From: Paraspadella gotoi
Taxonomy: Eukaryota; Animalia; Chaetognatha
Assembly (NCBI GenBank): GCA_051294375.1
Contig: JBJCIZ010000239.1
Span: forward strand, 4,987,768-5,051,767
Direction: 5' to 3'
DNA: 64,000 nt
A model generated the notes under the pieces. That model worked only from the letters and a program-made list of their open reading frames with translations, had not been told where the DNA came from and searched no databases. A program made the position numbers and the translations under genes. Positions within the stretch are counted from its first letter, which is position 1; the number at the start of each line of letters is the position of its first letter. Of this stretch, positions 37,505 to 50,210 are shown piece after piece.

Positions 37505-40500
37505 AATATTTCCGAACACTGAAGCATAGAGTGAAACAGTTTCAAAAAAAAAATCTGAACCCCGAATTGTTATCCCGTGAATCTGTAGAATTTTTAAAAC
37601 GGACGCCTCCTTCTTTCCCTACCCGCCGAAGTTAGCCTGCAGACTGAAAAAACCTTTTTCGAAATAATATTGAAATTTAAATTTAGGCATTTTAAACTAA
37701 TGTGACGTACGTTAGAGATCGAAGATTTCAATTTAAGTGTCATTGAGACTTCGATTTAGGAAATTTCGCTCTAAACTGGCGAGTCAATTGCTGCGACAAG
37801 GGACCCAAAATCCCTGTTATGGATTGGGCACTAAAATCCACCAACGTTCATCAGCGGCCATTGGTGCCGGAAGCAAGTCATTCGCCTTTCCCAACCCAAA
37901 AGGCGTCCGGGGTTCTAGCCAGTGCGCCGTACCCATAGCAGTTAAGAGGGACGGGGCGCTTACGCGCTTTAACCCGCTCTGTAACACGGTAAGGTGTGTA
38001 CAGCCCTGATCGAAGTCAGGGGACTTGCGTTGAACGCGTTCTCTCCATTAACCTTTATCAATAAATTACTGCTCTCTTTCATCTGTTTATTTGCACTGAG
38101 AGATCAAGGGACATAAACGGCGTTTATTTCCTATCTCACTCTCTATCTCTCTCTCCAACACGCAACTTTCCCTCTGCACCCCTTTCTCTCTCTAGCTCTA
38201 ATTTTTTTGTTATTTGTGTTGGTATTTTCGATTTTACCCCGGTTTTCTTCGCCGAAAAAAAAAAAAAACAAGGATATTAGATGTGAGATGGTATGGACAT
38301 TTAACTCATATAAAAAAAATATATTTGCTTATATAGTCACCTCTATTTTGGTGGAACAGAATAGGTAATATACATAGTATTTGTAGTAATATTCTTATAA
38401 AATAATAAATTTTTAAATATAACTTGTTAAAAAATTAAAATTTGTATATTAAAGTTATTCAGATTCTTCATAAAAAGTTAAATTAAAAAATATGAAATAT
38501 GTTATAAAAAATTCTGTCGTCTTAGCATTTAAATAGAAAAAAAAAACTTCAGGCCTTTTTCTATTCCCATATAATAAAACTTTATATGTTAACATCCTCC
38601 ACCTTCTGCGGTTCACTCCACCGGTACCCACAACCCGTTTTTTTCACCACCTAAAACGTTTAATCAATTTTTGCGGTTATAAACATTAAATTCATATATT
38701 CATATTTATAAATTGTTTTTTAGGTTTTTATGGGGGCGGAATCCGAAATCTGTTATTTTAAAATTTAAAAAAATGATTTTGAAATTTGGGATCTTATTTT
38801 TTAAGATATATAAAGATATATATAAAGATATATAACATATATATTATTATTAAATAATTTTAAAATTTACTATACTCTATATTACTTTTTAAACAATTTT
38901 AAAGGATTTAAAATTCATTTAAATTATGTTCCCAGGCAGCATAAAATATAATGCTTCAATCGCCTCAATCCTTTCATCACTTCCACCCTAATTTTACAAT
39001 GCTTTAATTTGATATTGTCTTAATTTATTAAAAAAAAAATCCAAAAATACAAAAAAATTACTTTTTCGGGGTCATTTTGGTCTAGAGTTTAGATATGTAA
39101 TTATTCTTATATATTGCTCACCAAATATATCGAATAATATCTAGATGACATCCGAGTTATCCAGATTGTCAAACGCTTTTTATATCGTGAAAACATCCTA
39201 GCCAAGTCATTAAATCTCTAAACGTCGGCCGCCGCCTCAACTGGACTCTCCCATGAGACACGCAAAGGGGGATATATAGATAATTGGTTACCAGAGACGT
39301 AAGTGTATCCTTCGAGCAGCCTGCTGCTGTCTCGCTCTTGGGACGCGCTCTAATGGCCGTCTGATCTACTATACATGACGACGCTTTCAAAGTGCGTTCT
39401 ATTCGGTTATGAAAATGGTGCCTTCTACCTGGCTATCGATCAACGTATACGCTGCGTAATTACCTCTACACATTAGACCACGATATTCGATAGCAGTAAA
39501 ATATTTTAAATTAAAACTGTTTTCATGATATTCTGCCTCCAAACTTTTTTAGTCATTTTTCCCGACAAAAAAAGACATGAGTGGAAAAAATAAGGTGGGG
39601 CACGCGGTAGAGAAATCCCGGCGCACCTTGCCTGTGCAGTGTGCTCTCACAAGAAGACAATGAAAGAAGAGTCAATAGAAGGAGGAGAGGTGCGTGTCGT
39701 GGCGGTAGAGTGGTCTATGCTCTCTCGGTGGCAAAGTGTCTCCGTCTCGGACAGAATAATTTGTTGCGGCAGGGAAGGCGGGAGGGCATAGACCACGCGG
39801 TGTACGGTGAAAAAGTTCGACGGAAGTGGCGGTGCCACCAGGAAGGCTGCATGATGGACTGTCGCGATAGATGAGAGGCATAATAAAGAGAAAGGAGAAA
39901 AAGAAATATGTGTCAACGCATGTTCGCAAGAGAGAGACTTTTGCAGTAATGTGTTACTAGTAAAGAGTAGATAGTAAATAGTGATAAGTATCAAATGTGT
40001 TATGAAGAATGAAATGAATACGATTTTTACTCAAGTGATAGAAGAGAAGTGGATACAAGTGAGAATTAAGAAAGAATGAATATGTCTCGCGCGCTACTTA
40101 AGAAATTAAGTGGAGAGGTTGATACAGTGTTATAAGTGGTATAGTATATAACAGAACCTCCTAGTGCCCAACGATGGTATTGGTCCTTTATTCATTACCA
40201 CTACATATTGTCCACATTGTTGAATATATATGTAAAGTTAAAACTCAGTTTGCTACAATTTTCTGTTCATAAGGTTATTCATTGTTCTTTATCCATGTTT
40301 ATTTTATATATATGTTGTCTCGAGTCTCGACCTGCAGAGATACTATCTGGGTCTGTCTTTTATAATTTATACGTGTGTGTGTTATTATGATAAAATATAT
40401 ATAAATATAATATATATATGAATTTATAATATATTTTATAACCATAAGCTCTTAACGTCCAAAATAGAGTTAAATTGAAAGTTTTTGTAATTATATAGCC

Positions 40501-43500
40501 ATGCAAACTAGAACAAGCTATAATATACATTAAACGTAGCCTGTGTGTTGTTTGTACTGTGCTGACAAACGCGCTCTCAGAATTATAGTCTAAGATGTAT
40601 AAATAAAAGGGTATCATTTAAAACAATATTCGAATACTCACTTTTGTGTGGATAAGGGCGCTATAGATTAGGTGATGTAATGACAGAGATTAAATTATAC
40701 GTCGCCTGAGATAGTTCTATTATTAACCCCGTCTTAAGTCAAGAACCTCAATGTCGGATTAGATCATCGCGGCACTCGCTAGTAGAGAGCGGTCTCATCG
40801 GTAACGCAGGCTTGAGAGCGATTTAAATAAAGTGACAAATAACGCCTCCAAAGATACAACTTATACCTATATCACTCAAGCACATAAAATACAATCAACA
40901 GACTCAAAGCGAAAATAAATTATAATAAATAAGGTACCGTGGATAATGAAATTAGTAAACACTCAAATAAAGTAAATAAATAAATCAAATAATATAAATA
41001 AATAAAATATAAATAGGCAGTATAAAATAAATTACCCTATAGTTAGGTCTAGAATAAATGCTACAGAGAAATTGAACTAGTATCAACTCAATAGAGCCAC
41101 CGAGTATGTTTCAAGGACTTGACATGATTGTTATATCTTTATGTTCCTTACTTTAAGCATGCATCATTTGTTTTCATCTCACATCAGTTTTTTCAACTTG
41201 CTGTGAATTCTAGCGCCCACAACAAGTTTTTTTCCACTACTAGATCTACTATGGGGTTACTCGCTCGCGCCAAATGAACACTGTCTCATTCTGAGATTTC
41301 AATATAATATATTTCTATATAAAAAAACATATTCTATTTTATCAGAACTATGTCTCAATTAAATCCAATGACATAATAAAATCACATACGAAATATAAGC
41401 AAAGGTCTGACACTGAAACTTTTGCAGATTCTTTTATTATTGTGTAAAATAATAACCTCATTCTGCCACTCCATCTCGCAGCAATTTCCATCGATGGACT
41501 CAGACAATATGTGAGTGTCTTAACTTAGTAAACATCACATCCTTTTCTTTCTCTCATACTCCACATCCTACAATACTCCTCTTGCATCCCCCAATTGTCT
41601 ATACATACGACCAATGTCTCTAATGATATCGTTTTGAAACCATCTCCAGTAATAGAGTAAAATTGAAGTAGATTAAACTATATATATGAGACACTAATTT
41701 TTATGTAATTTTTTGCTTCAATAAGTGATTCTATATTGAACATTACAAATATTCAGTCCATATAACTCATTAAACAACACAACTTGCTCTCCTACCCTCA
41801 TAACGAGAGACCACAATACCTTTCTATATAATCCTTCACGACTCCTATTGTATACATATCAACTTTATTAGTATACATGTCGAGTTAATATCCATGCTCG
41901 CTGAAGTTTACAACTATTTAGGTGCTAAAATAATTTAAGTTATTGATATGTACTTTATGTTGTATTTTCTTCTCATTTTATAATATACTTCGTTTAGATT
42001 TTCTCAAGCACTTAACTCCTTCATTTCTATACTACAAATGCACGTCGGATCTGGAGAGTACCTTGAAATCGACCTATACGCCGAAAATAGAATTAACGTC
42101 ATACTTAAAGTTCGTCGCGAGGGACTGTTATTACTTCTCTATGCGATTTCAACCATTGGGTGAAGCTGTTTGTCATCTAATACATCCAATTCGATGTTAC
42201 CTGCCAGCATCTTTAATAAATGGCCCTAATCGACTTAGAGTGGCCTTTGCGCGAATGCGCAATCATCATTTCATTCCGAATCCATCCATACGAATACATT
42301 ACATCTAATCTTTCGTCGTGTGCTATCTTACAGTGCTGCGTCCCTCTCTGAATCGTGTCAAGCATTTACGTTTGCTACGTGGGAAACCTTATACAAATTT
42401 CATTTTTGTCCACTATAAAGTATGGTACTATTGTAAGCTCGTTGATTACCGGCGCGCGTACGGTGCCGTCAATTTCGTTTGCTCTCCATATGTGTCGTCT
42501 CGCACTGTTTGTCTTCTTCTTCTTCAGGTTCAGATGCGTCGTCAGTAGCAGCTCGCGTTCCGTTATTTGGTAAGAACTTACGTACATCCCTGTGACGATA
42601 CGTACCAGTCCAACTTTTCGATGTAGATAACGATACTTTTCTGTCTTTGCTACTTGTCCAGATTATCAGCTGTTTCAATGAATAATAATGTCGCTTTTCG
42701 CTCGACTATCGTGGTGGCACATTACAATGGTCCATCAGAATTCTCTCTCGTAATATAACTCAAGACCAACCTGCGAAGACAAAGAGAAAAGCCGAAGAAA
42801 TGACCGGAAAATATAAAATACAAAGTTGTCTGAAAAAAGAGTAAAAAGAGAATGCGAAAATAGAAATAATAATTAAAAACAGTATATTCGAAATAGTTAT
42901 AATATGCCCCAACCATGGAACATAATAATTAATGAGCTCCTAACTCAAAAGAATAAATGGCGAGCTAAAAAGAGAAAACAAAAATAAATAAAGTGGATGA
43001 AACAAGAAGACTCGGAAAAGAGTGTAAGTAAGAGGCAGAACAATAAGAGAACGAACTCCGAATTAAAATAGAAAAATGCACACCAACCGCGAAAGAATGC
43101 ACTATTCTCACTGCATACAGCTGCGCACCATCTGAGATGATGCCACAAGCTATTGGCGTGATCCATATTCGCGCGTCCCACAACTCGGAGAAGAGGTGAT
43201 ACACTGAGGAGTAAAAGAAAGTGGGAGTAAAGTATAATCCTTGAATCATAAAGCCCATTGCTATCAGTGGCAATCTGTGCAACCTCGCAAATCAAATCAA
43301 GCTTCACGGAGGTGTATCGGTTCAGGATAATTTGGCTTATGAAATGAATTGTAAGCCATTTATATGACTCTCGCCAAAATTGCTAATTCACTCTCTCACT
43401 CACGGAATTTTAATTTTCGCTGAATCTCGTTCCTCATCTCTCTCTCTCTCTCCTTCAGGCGTCTCCACTGCGCGTCTTTTCTCTCATTCATCTTGACATA

Positions 43501-45050
43501 CTACGTGCTCTCTCTCTGTTCCACTAACTACCATAATCATCTATACTCTCTACTCTTCGTGTCTTCTCTCTCTATCTCAGCAAATCATAAGTGTCTGTTT
43601 TTGTAATAAAAAAAAAATAGTTGTGTATAGAGATACAGTATTTTAAGAGATACAGAGCAAATTCATCGTTTTAATCAGCAGATGCCCATCTTAATTACAT
43701 AAATAATTCACATTAATAGAAACCTTCTGAATAAACCAGAAACATCGAAGAGGTGTCTGTTTAGCTCGTCGTCATCGCGTAACAAATAACCGTTCAAACT
43801 CGTTGTCTGGCTAACACAACATATAGATAGTATTTTCATTATACAGTAGTAGAACTGATGAAACTTTTAAGCGTGACTATAATTTTATGCATGAAATAAA
43901 AAAAAAAAATATATGAGTTATGAAATTTTACCTTTGGTCTCGTAATGTCATCTGAATCATATCCGAGCTAGGACTCATAAGTGCAACCATCTCATATGAG
44001 CAGAAAAAAATGCACCCAAGGATACCTCGCGGAGTGATCCGAATGAATGTCCGTTGGTGAGATGGCTGCCACAGACAATGATCCATACGGCGAAAAAATT
44101 GGACGAGCCGATGAGACGAGTTGACGCGTAGAAAGCAGAGCGAGGTGTACGGACACAATCAATAGAGTTTGTTCAGCTTGATTTGGTAAAAAGCAGTCAA
44201 AGTGATGTTAGAGAGCGACGATTTGGAGGAGAGATTGATTAGGTAGGAAGAGCATAAAAGGTGAAACCTGTATGAGATAGAAGGAGAGAGCATAATAAAA
44301 GATCGAAGTCCAGGTTCACATGGGATTTACTGAGGTCAATTATTGGCGCCTTACATGCTTTTGAGGTCTTAATCTAGCCACATGACTTTAGTCGGGATCA
44401 AAAAGTGACCTCTGATATGCATAATTCAGGAAGAGCCAAGTGCAAGGTAGTGGCATGGGCAAGGAATGTTAGAGAAAGAATGGTATTTAAGATGTAAATA
44501 CAAATATAGATGAACGAGAGAGAGAGACTCTGATGGAATAAGATTAATAGGCGGTAATGGAGCAAGAAAAGGAAAGTGAGTACGAGGGTATATTGCTATT
44601 AATAAGTGCTCGCAATAACCGGGGAAGTCACTTTGATTCCTTTGTGATAGGCGTGTAATGAGATCTAATTTTCTTTGGGAATTGGTTTTTGGAGATCGTG
44701 GAAGAGTCGCACTATAATTGTACAGTAAAAGTCTCGTCCTGTCATTTGCCAATTAGATCCTAAGGTAATACAATAAAGCAAGATCAAGAGAAAATCTGAG
44801 ACTTAGAAAAAACTTAAGATTTTGTAGCATGAGCATAGTTCATCTCTCGGAACGCTTTTATTAGAGAAGAATTGATTCGTATATCTTGAATACAGGCTCG
44901 GAGAAAGACAGAAAAGTTTCTTTCGATTAGTAAAGTAGCAAAGAAACGCGTGTAAACTGCGAGTAAGATTCATATGTATAGGGCCTGATGTTAATGTGAA
45001 AATTCATGTTTAAAAAGTGAGTTACTAAACATAAGTTAATTTCTCTTGTA
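37505..45050 (+). other. Error-rich duplicate of 26540-26955 plus 32147-37480 (alternate haplotype or unpolished long read)
   Basis: Colinear anchors: 37690 vs 26660; 38280 vs 32388; 39200 vs 33135; 43333 vs 36413; 45008 vs 37431. Differences are mostly insertions and increase with distance. The block begins at a 25-N gap. Confidence 0.85.
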
Positions 45051-45230
45051 TGCTGATCAGCTCCAGGAAAGAATGGAGGCGACATTGATTGGGAGCCTCT
45101 CAATGAGCGCGAAACGGCATTCCTGGAACATCGTCTCCTAAGGAAGAAAATCAAATCCACAGAAGGATATGGAATGTGAAAAGTTAGAGAATATATGATG
45201 GAGATGATGAAGAGGGAGAGATGAGAGATG

Positions 45231-45261
<31 letters not shown>

Positions 45262-46449
45262 GAAGAGGAGCATGATTGACAGAGAGAGAGAGAGGTAAGG
45301 AAAAAATAGGAGTATAGGGCAAAGTTAGTGTAAAGGGTGAGGAACATCGAGTCGGGATTCGATGGAACTTTATCGTTTCGGTCAATCAGAAAAGAAAAAA
45401 GGGAAAGGGAAAAAGGAAAGGGAAAAAAGGAAAGGGAACTCTCTGCTCAGTCATCGAGGTCCGCAATTTCGAGAGTCGAGTCAGTTTTTGAGCATCAGTT
45501 TTTTTTTGGGTGGGGTCATTAGATAAGGGGGAAAAAAATAATCGCTTCTTTGCCTTCGTTTTTTTATTAGAACAAATATCGAATAAAAATTATTCAAAAG
45601 ACCGATTCATATTTACAAACTTTTGGGCTTTTTTTCTCAGAAAGCCCCATTTTATCATCTCAGATGGAATCCGAACCAAAAATGGAATCGGATCCGCGAC
45701 TCGGGTAAAATCTACCGAGGACTCTCTGATTGGATGAATCATCGTCGGAATCGAACCAATGAGAAGGCGGACTTCATGCCATCGTGTCGATGATCCGATT
45801 GTAGAGTATAAATACCTGACCATTTTGTATTGATTCTATTGAATCCATCTGTCTCCAATTCTGGACACCGTCTTTGCTTGTGACTTTTCTGAGAATAAAA
45901 TCCACTTTTGGTTTCACGTTGAAATCTCTGTCTACTTACCTAAATGTGGTGGAAGTTTTGGGATTCGAACCCACAAATGTTATCTTAAATTTGGAATTAG
46001 ATTAAATTTTAGGTTTGGGTTTGGGATGAGGTTAGTGATTAAAGTTAGGGATTAGGTCTGTGATAAGGGTTTGAGAATGGGGTTAAAGATGAGAGTTTGA
46101 GGTTAAGGGTTAGGGTAAAAAATTATGGTTATGGGTTTAGGGTTTAGGATTACAGTTAGGATTCAGGATTACAATTTAAGATTAGGTTAAGATATTAGGT
46201 TAGACATTTAAGAAGATGTCTAAATTAAATATTAAGATTAAATTTCAAATTCCGGTACAAAGAAAAAGAAATGGGGTAGTTTGAGAAAAAAGAGCCAAAA
46301 CTTTTCTTTTACTGGTCAAATTTTCTTTTTTCTCCGACTCTCTTATGCTAATGATTAAATTGTTTGATCTTGACAGAAGAACGAGAACTAATTTGAGAAA
46401 TGCAAGTCAATTGTTTCTGTCGGTCGGTCGGTTAGGTCCATCTGAATCG

Positions 46450-46665
46450 AGAGTCAATACCGTCATCGAGGATCATATCCACAGTATCAGGGTTCAGTCC
46501 ATCTGTATCCAAGGTCAATACAGCAATAAAGGGTTATTTTAACAGTATCAGGGTTCAGTCCATCTTTATCCAGGGTTAATACCGCAATCAAGGATCATTT
46601 TCACAGTATCAAGGGTCGGTCCATCTGTATCCACTATCAAGGGTCAATACTCCCATCGAGGGTCG
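46450..46665 (+). repeat. 61-bp tandem repeat, about 3.5 copies
   Basis: acagtatca..gg.tc.gtccatct recurs at 46481, 46542 and 46603. Confidence 0.9.
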
Positions 46666-49639
46666 CTCTCTCTCTCTCTTTCTCTCTCTCGCCATCGGAA
46701 CTCTGGGAAATTTTCTCTTTTATTTCTTCCATAAAACCAAAGAATGGAATCGGAATCGTTTTGACCCAAAAGAATCGGAGGCGTTGTTGTTGTTGACGTT
46801 GTTGTTGTTGAGTTGTGGAGTTTCTCTCTCTTCTTTTTTCTCGTTAATGTGTGAAATTTTTCGATAGAAAAGAAATTCCTTTAAAAAGTAATCTGTTTCC
46901 GAGATTCTCTTTCTCTGTCTCTCTCTTCTCTTCTCCCTCCCCCTCTATTCTCCTTCCCCACCCTTTTCTCTCCTCTCTCTCTCTCTTCTCTCCCTTCTCT
47001 CTCTCTCTCTCTCTTACTCTTTTTTCTCTCTCTCCCTTTTCTTTTTTTTTTTTTTTTTTCTTGGAAAAAAAATGCTGGACCTTAAAGAGAGAGAGAGAGT
47101 AGAAGAGATGTGACGAGGAGAGACGAGATCGGGAGTGGAGAGAGGAGCGGGTGCTGATGTTGAGCAAAGAAAAAAACACACAACACAACCAAATAACACA
47201 CAACAAACCCCCCGAACTACCACCACCCAAACCACAAAAAAAAAAAAAAAAAATCAAAACCACCCACCCACCCACCCAACATCACCCCAACCCAAACCCC
47301 CACCCGCAACAAACACAACAACACACACACAACCACAACACACACGAAACATACAGCACACACCAACACAACCAACACCCCCCTCTCGCCCCCGCACCGC
47401 CCCCCGCACCGGAGACGCACCGCCACTCCACCACCGACTAACCACCTCTTCCAATGGCACCCCACCCCAGCCCCCCCCCGCCCGAAAACCTAACAACAGA
47501 AGCAACAACACGAAAAAACATCGACAGGAATCTCGGAGACGCGGACCGCCGTCTCCGATTACACAAACAGCTTTCTTGCTGCCCCACCCCGCACAAGCGA
47601 TGAGAGAAGAGACAAAAGAAGAGACAGAGAGGTGCGCACAGTGGCAACCGTGGTAACCACGAACGCCATAAGCACCGTTGAGCCCGTCTTTAATGGGCCA
47701 TTTGCGCCCGGAGGGAGGCGCCTTCGTCTTGCGAAGGAGAAACGGAAGAAAAAATGAGGAAAGGAAAGAGGAAGAAAAAAAGAAGGCGCCGGAGGGAGAG
47801 GAAAGGAAGAAGATCGGTCGAGAGGAAGGGATTGGAAAAGGGAGGGAAGGAAAAGAAAAAGAAGAAATGAGGTAATGTGTGGATGACATAAGAAGAGAGA
47901 GGAAGGAAAGAAAAATATTGAGAGAGAGAACATGGAGAGGGAATCAAAGCAAAAGCAACAATATTGGTAGAAAAATTTAAGGATTGAAAAAAAGGAGAAA
48001 AAAAAAAAAAAGGAGGAAAAATAAGATGGCGGATGAAAAATAGGAATGATGCAAGAAAAAAAAAGAGAAGGGAAGAAGGGATAATAAAAAATGTCTTTAT
48101 ATCAAAAAAAAAAAAAAAAAAAGGGAAGAAAATGAAAAAAAATAGACAAGACAGAGAGGAAGAAAGAAGGACAGACAAAATGATTAGAACTAAATCTTTT
48201 TTTTTTGTAAAAGTCTGGTTAAACCTTTCTATTCCATTTGTTTCTAAAAAATGTTTTCCTAACACTGAAAAGAGAGAGAGAGGAGAGAGACTGGAGAGGA
48301 TGGAGGAGAGACAGAGATGAAGAGAGAGGAGGAGAGGAGAGAGAAGAGGAGGAAAGACGAGATGAGTCGGAGAGACATAGAGAGATGATCGGAGAGAAGA
48401 GGAGAAGAAACAAGAGAGAAAGAGAGACGTCACTACCAACAAGCTGATCCTCAAGGAATTCGCCTTCTATCGCGTTTTGAATTTTAAATTCATCCAAGTT
48501 TTTTCTTTATTTTAGTAAATTTCTTTCTTTTTTCCTTTTTTTTTAAACTTGTATCTTTTCTGAGAAAGGAAAAAATGTATGGGCTCTGTTTTAGATTTTC
48601 GACGCATCAGCATTTTTCAGAACTTAGAAGGAAAAAGACTCAAATCGTTTGAGAAAAAGAAAGAAAATGAAAAAAAATGGTTGAATGAACAAATATATTG
48701 ATGAATTGAATTACAATTGAATAAATTATAAATAAAACCGGAAATCCTTGCTTAAAATAAGGGAAAAAAATTTTAAAAAAGCGAAGAAAAAAGAAAAGAA
48801 AAGAAAAGAAAAGAAAAGAAAAGAAAAGAAAAGAAAAGAAAAGAAAAGAAAAGAAAAGAAAAGAAAAGAAAAGAAAAGAAGAGAAAAGAAAAAAAAGAAG
48901 TGCTATTTTGTTTAGTTTCACTAGATTCGTTTTTTTAACCCGTTTTAACAGGTGGCAAAACCAACCGACGAATGAGAAAAACAAAAAGTCAATATGGAGT
49001 TATATCACAATTAATAATAATACTATTTAAGGAAAACATGGATGCTATTTTCACTAAAATTTATTTTGTATATACGTAAATACGCAAAAATAAAAGCGAT
49101 AATAAACCTAAATTTACAATCTGTCTTCGGCAAAAAAATAAATAATTTCGTTTGTGTAACGTTTTATTGAAAATTTTAACAAATCTAGTACAGAACTAAC
49201 AAAACACGATGATGATGATGATGATGATGATGCTGATTATATCAATGATGATGTTCATACTAATCTATCAATCGCAAAAAAACAATTAAAACTAAAGTTG
49301 ATTTATTTTTAAGGACTAGATCTTCACATGGTAAAGGAGCGAAAAAAAAGATGGTCAGAAAAAAACAAAACAAAAGAACATAATTTAAATTAAAAAAACG
49401 AGTTAAAAAATAAAAGTTTGAGTCAAATACGGAGAAGGAAGAAAGCGAAAATGCTGATAAGATACGTAATTAACGTCTCAATAAAATATTGAATTATTTG
49501 AAAGACATTAAAGGAAATTACTATTGAAGTCACAGAGTCTAAAAAATTACTGCCATATCAGAGAAAAAAAAATCATAAAAGAAAAAAAAATTGAACATAA
49601 ATAATCGTAAAGGACAAAATTTATCGCTAGAAATTGTTG

Positions 49640-50210
49640 AGGAAGGTCACCCATCCCGAGGATAAACTGTCTTGGGGCCATTCCTCCTATCCACTGGACA
49701 GTGGACATACCCATAGGATAAATGGTCTTCAGCCAAGGCCAGGTCACCCGTAACACAGTTTTAGATGATCTTGAACCAAGTCCAGATCATCCATCTATTG
49801 GATAGACGATCTTGAGCCAAGCCTAGATTATCCATCTATAGGATAGATGGTCCTGAGCAAAGGTCAGGTCACCCTTTCATAGGATAGATGATCTTGAGCC
49901 AAGCCGAGGTCACCTGTTCATGGGATAGATGGTCTTTAGCCAAGGCCAAGCCCATGTAACCTATCCACGGGATGGATGATCTTAAACCAAGTCCAGGTCA
50001 CCCATTCATGGGAAAGCTGTTCTTAAGCCAAGGCCAGATCACCCATCCATAGGATAGATGATCATGAGCCAAATCCAGGATATCCATGAAAGGGATAGAT
50101 GGTCTTGAGCCAAACCCAGGTCACACATCAATAGGATAGATGGTCTTGAAGCCAAGGCCAACCCCGGATCATCCATCCATCGGATAGATGGTCTTGAGCC
50201 AAGGTCTGGC
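49640..50210 (-). repeat. ~41-bp minisatellite (~13-14 copies) whose first unit is the 3' end of the YccV-domain CDS
   Basis: Plus-strand unit ggatagatggtcttgagccaaggccaggtcacccatccata; starts at 49841, 49882 and 49923 are 41 bp apart. On the minus strand it reads ccttggctcaagaccatctatcc = PWLKTIYP. Confidence 0.92.

Noticed and set aside
39000-45050. Seemingly unique sequence with several 70-150 aa ORFs
   Set aside because: Colinear, insertion-riddled copy of 33000-37480, typical of an uncorrected long read; the ORFs are noise.
47135-48497. Long ORFs (173-254 aa) in C/A- and G/A-skewed sequence
   Set aside because: Low-complexity, strand-skewed and probably low-quality sequence; no recognisable domain.
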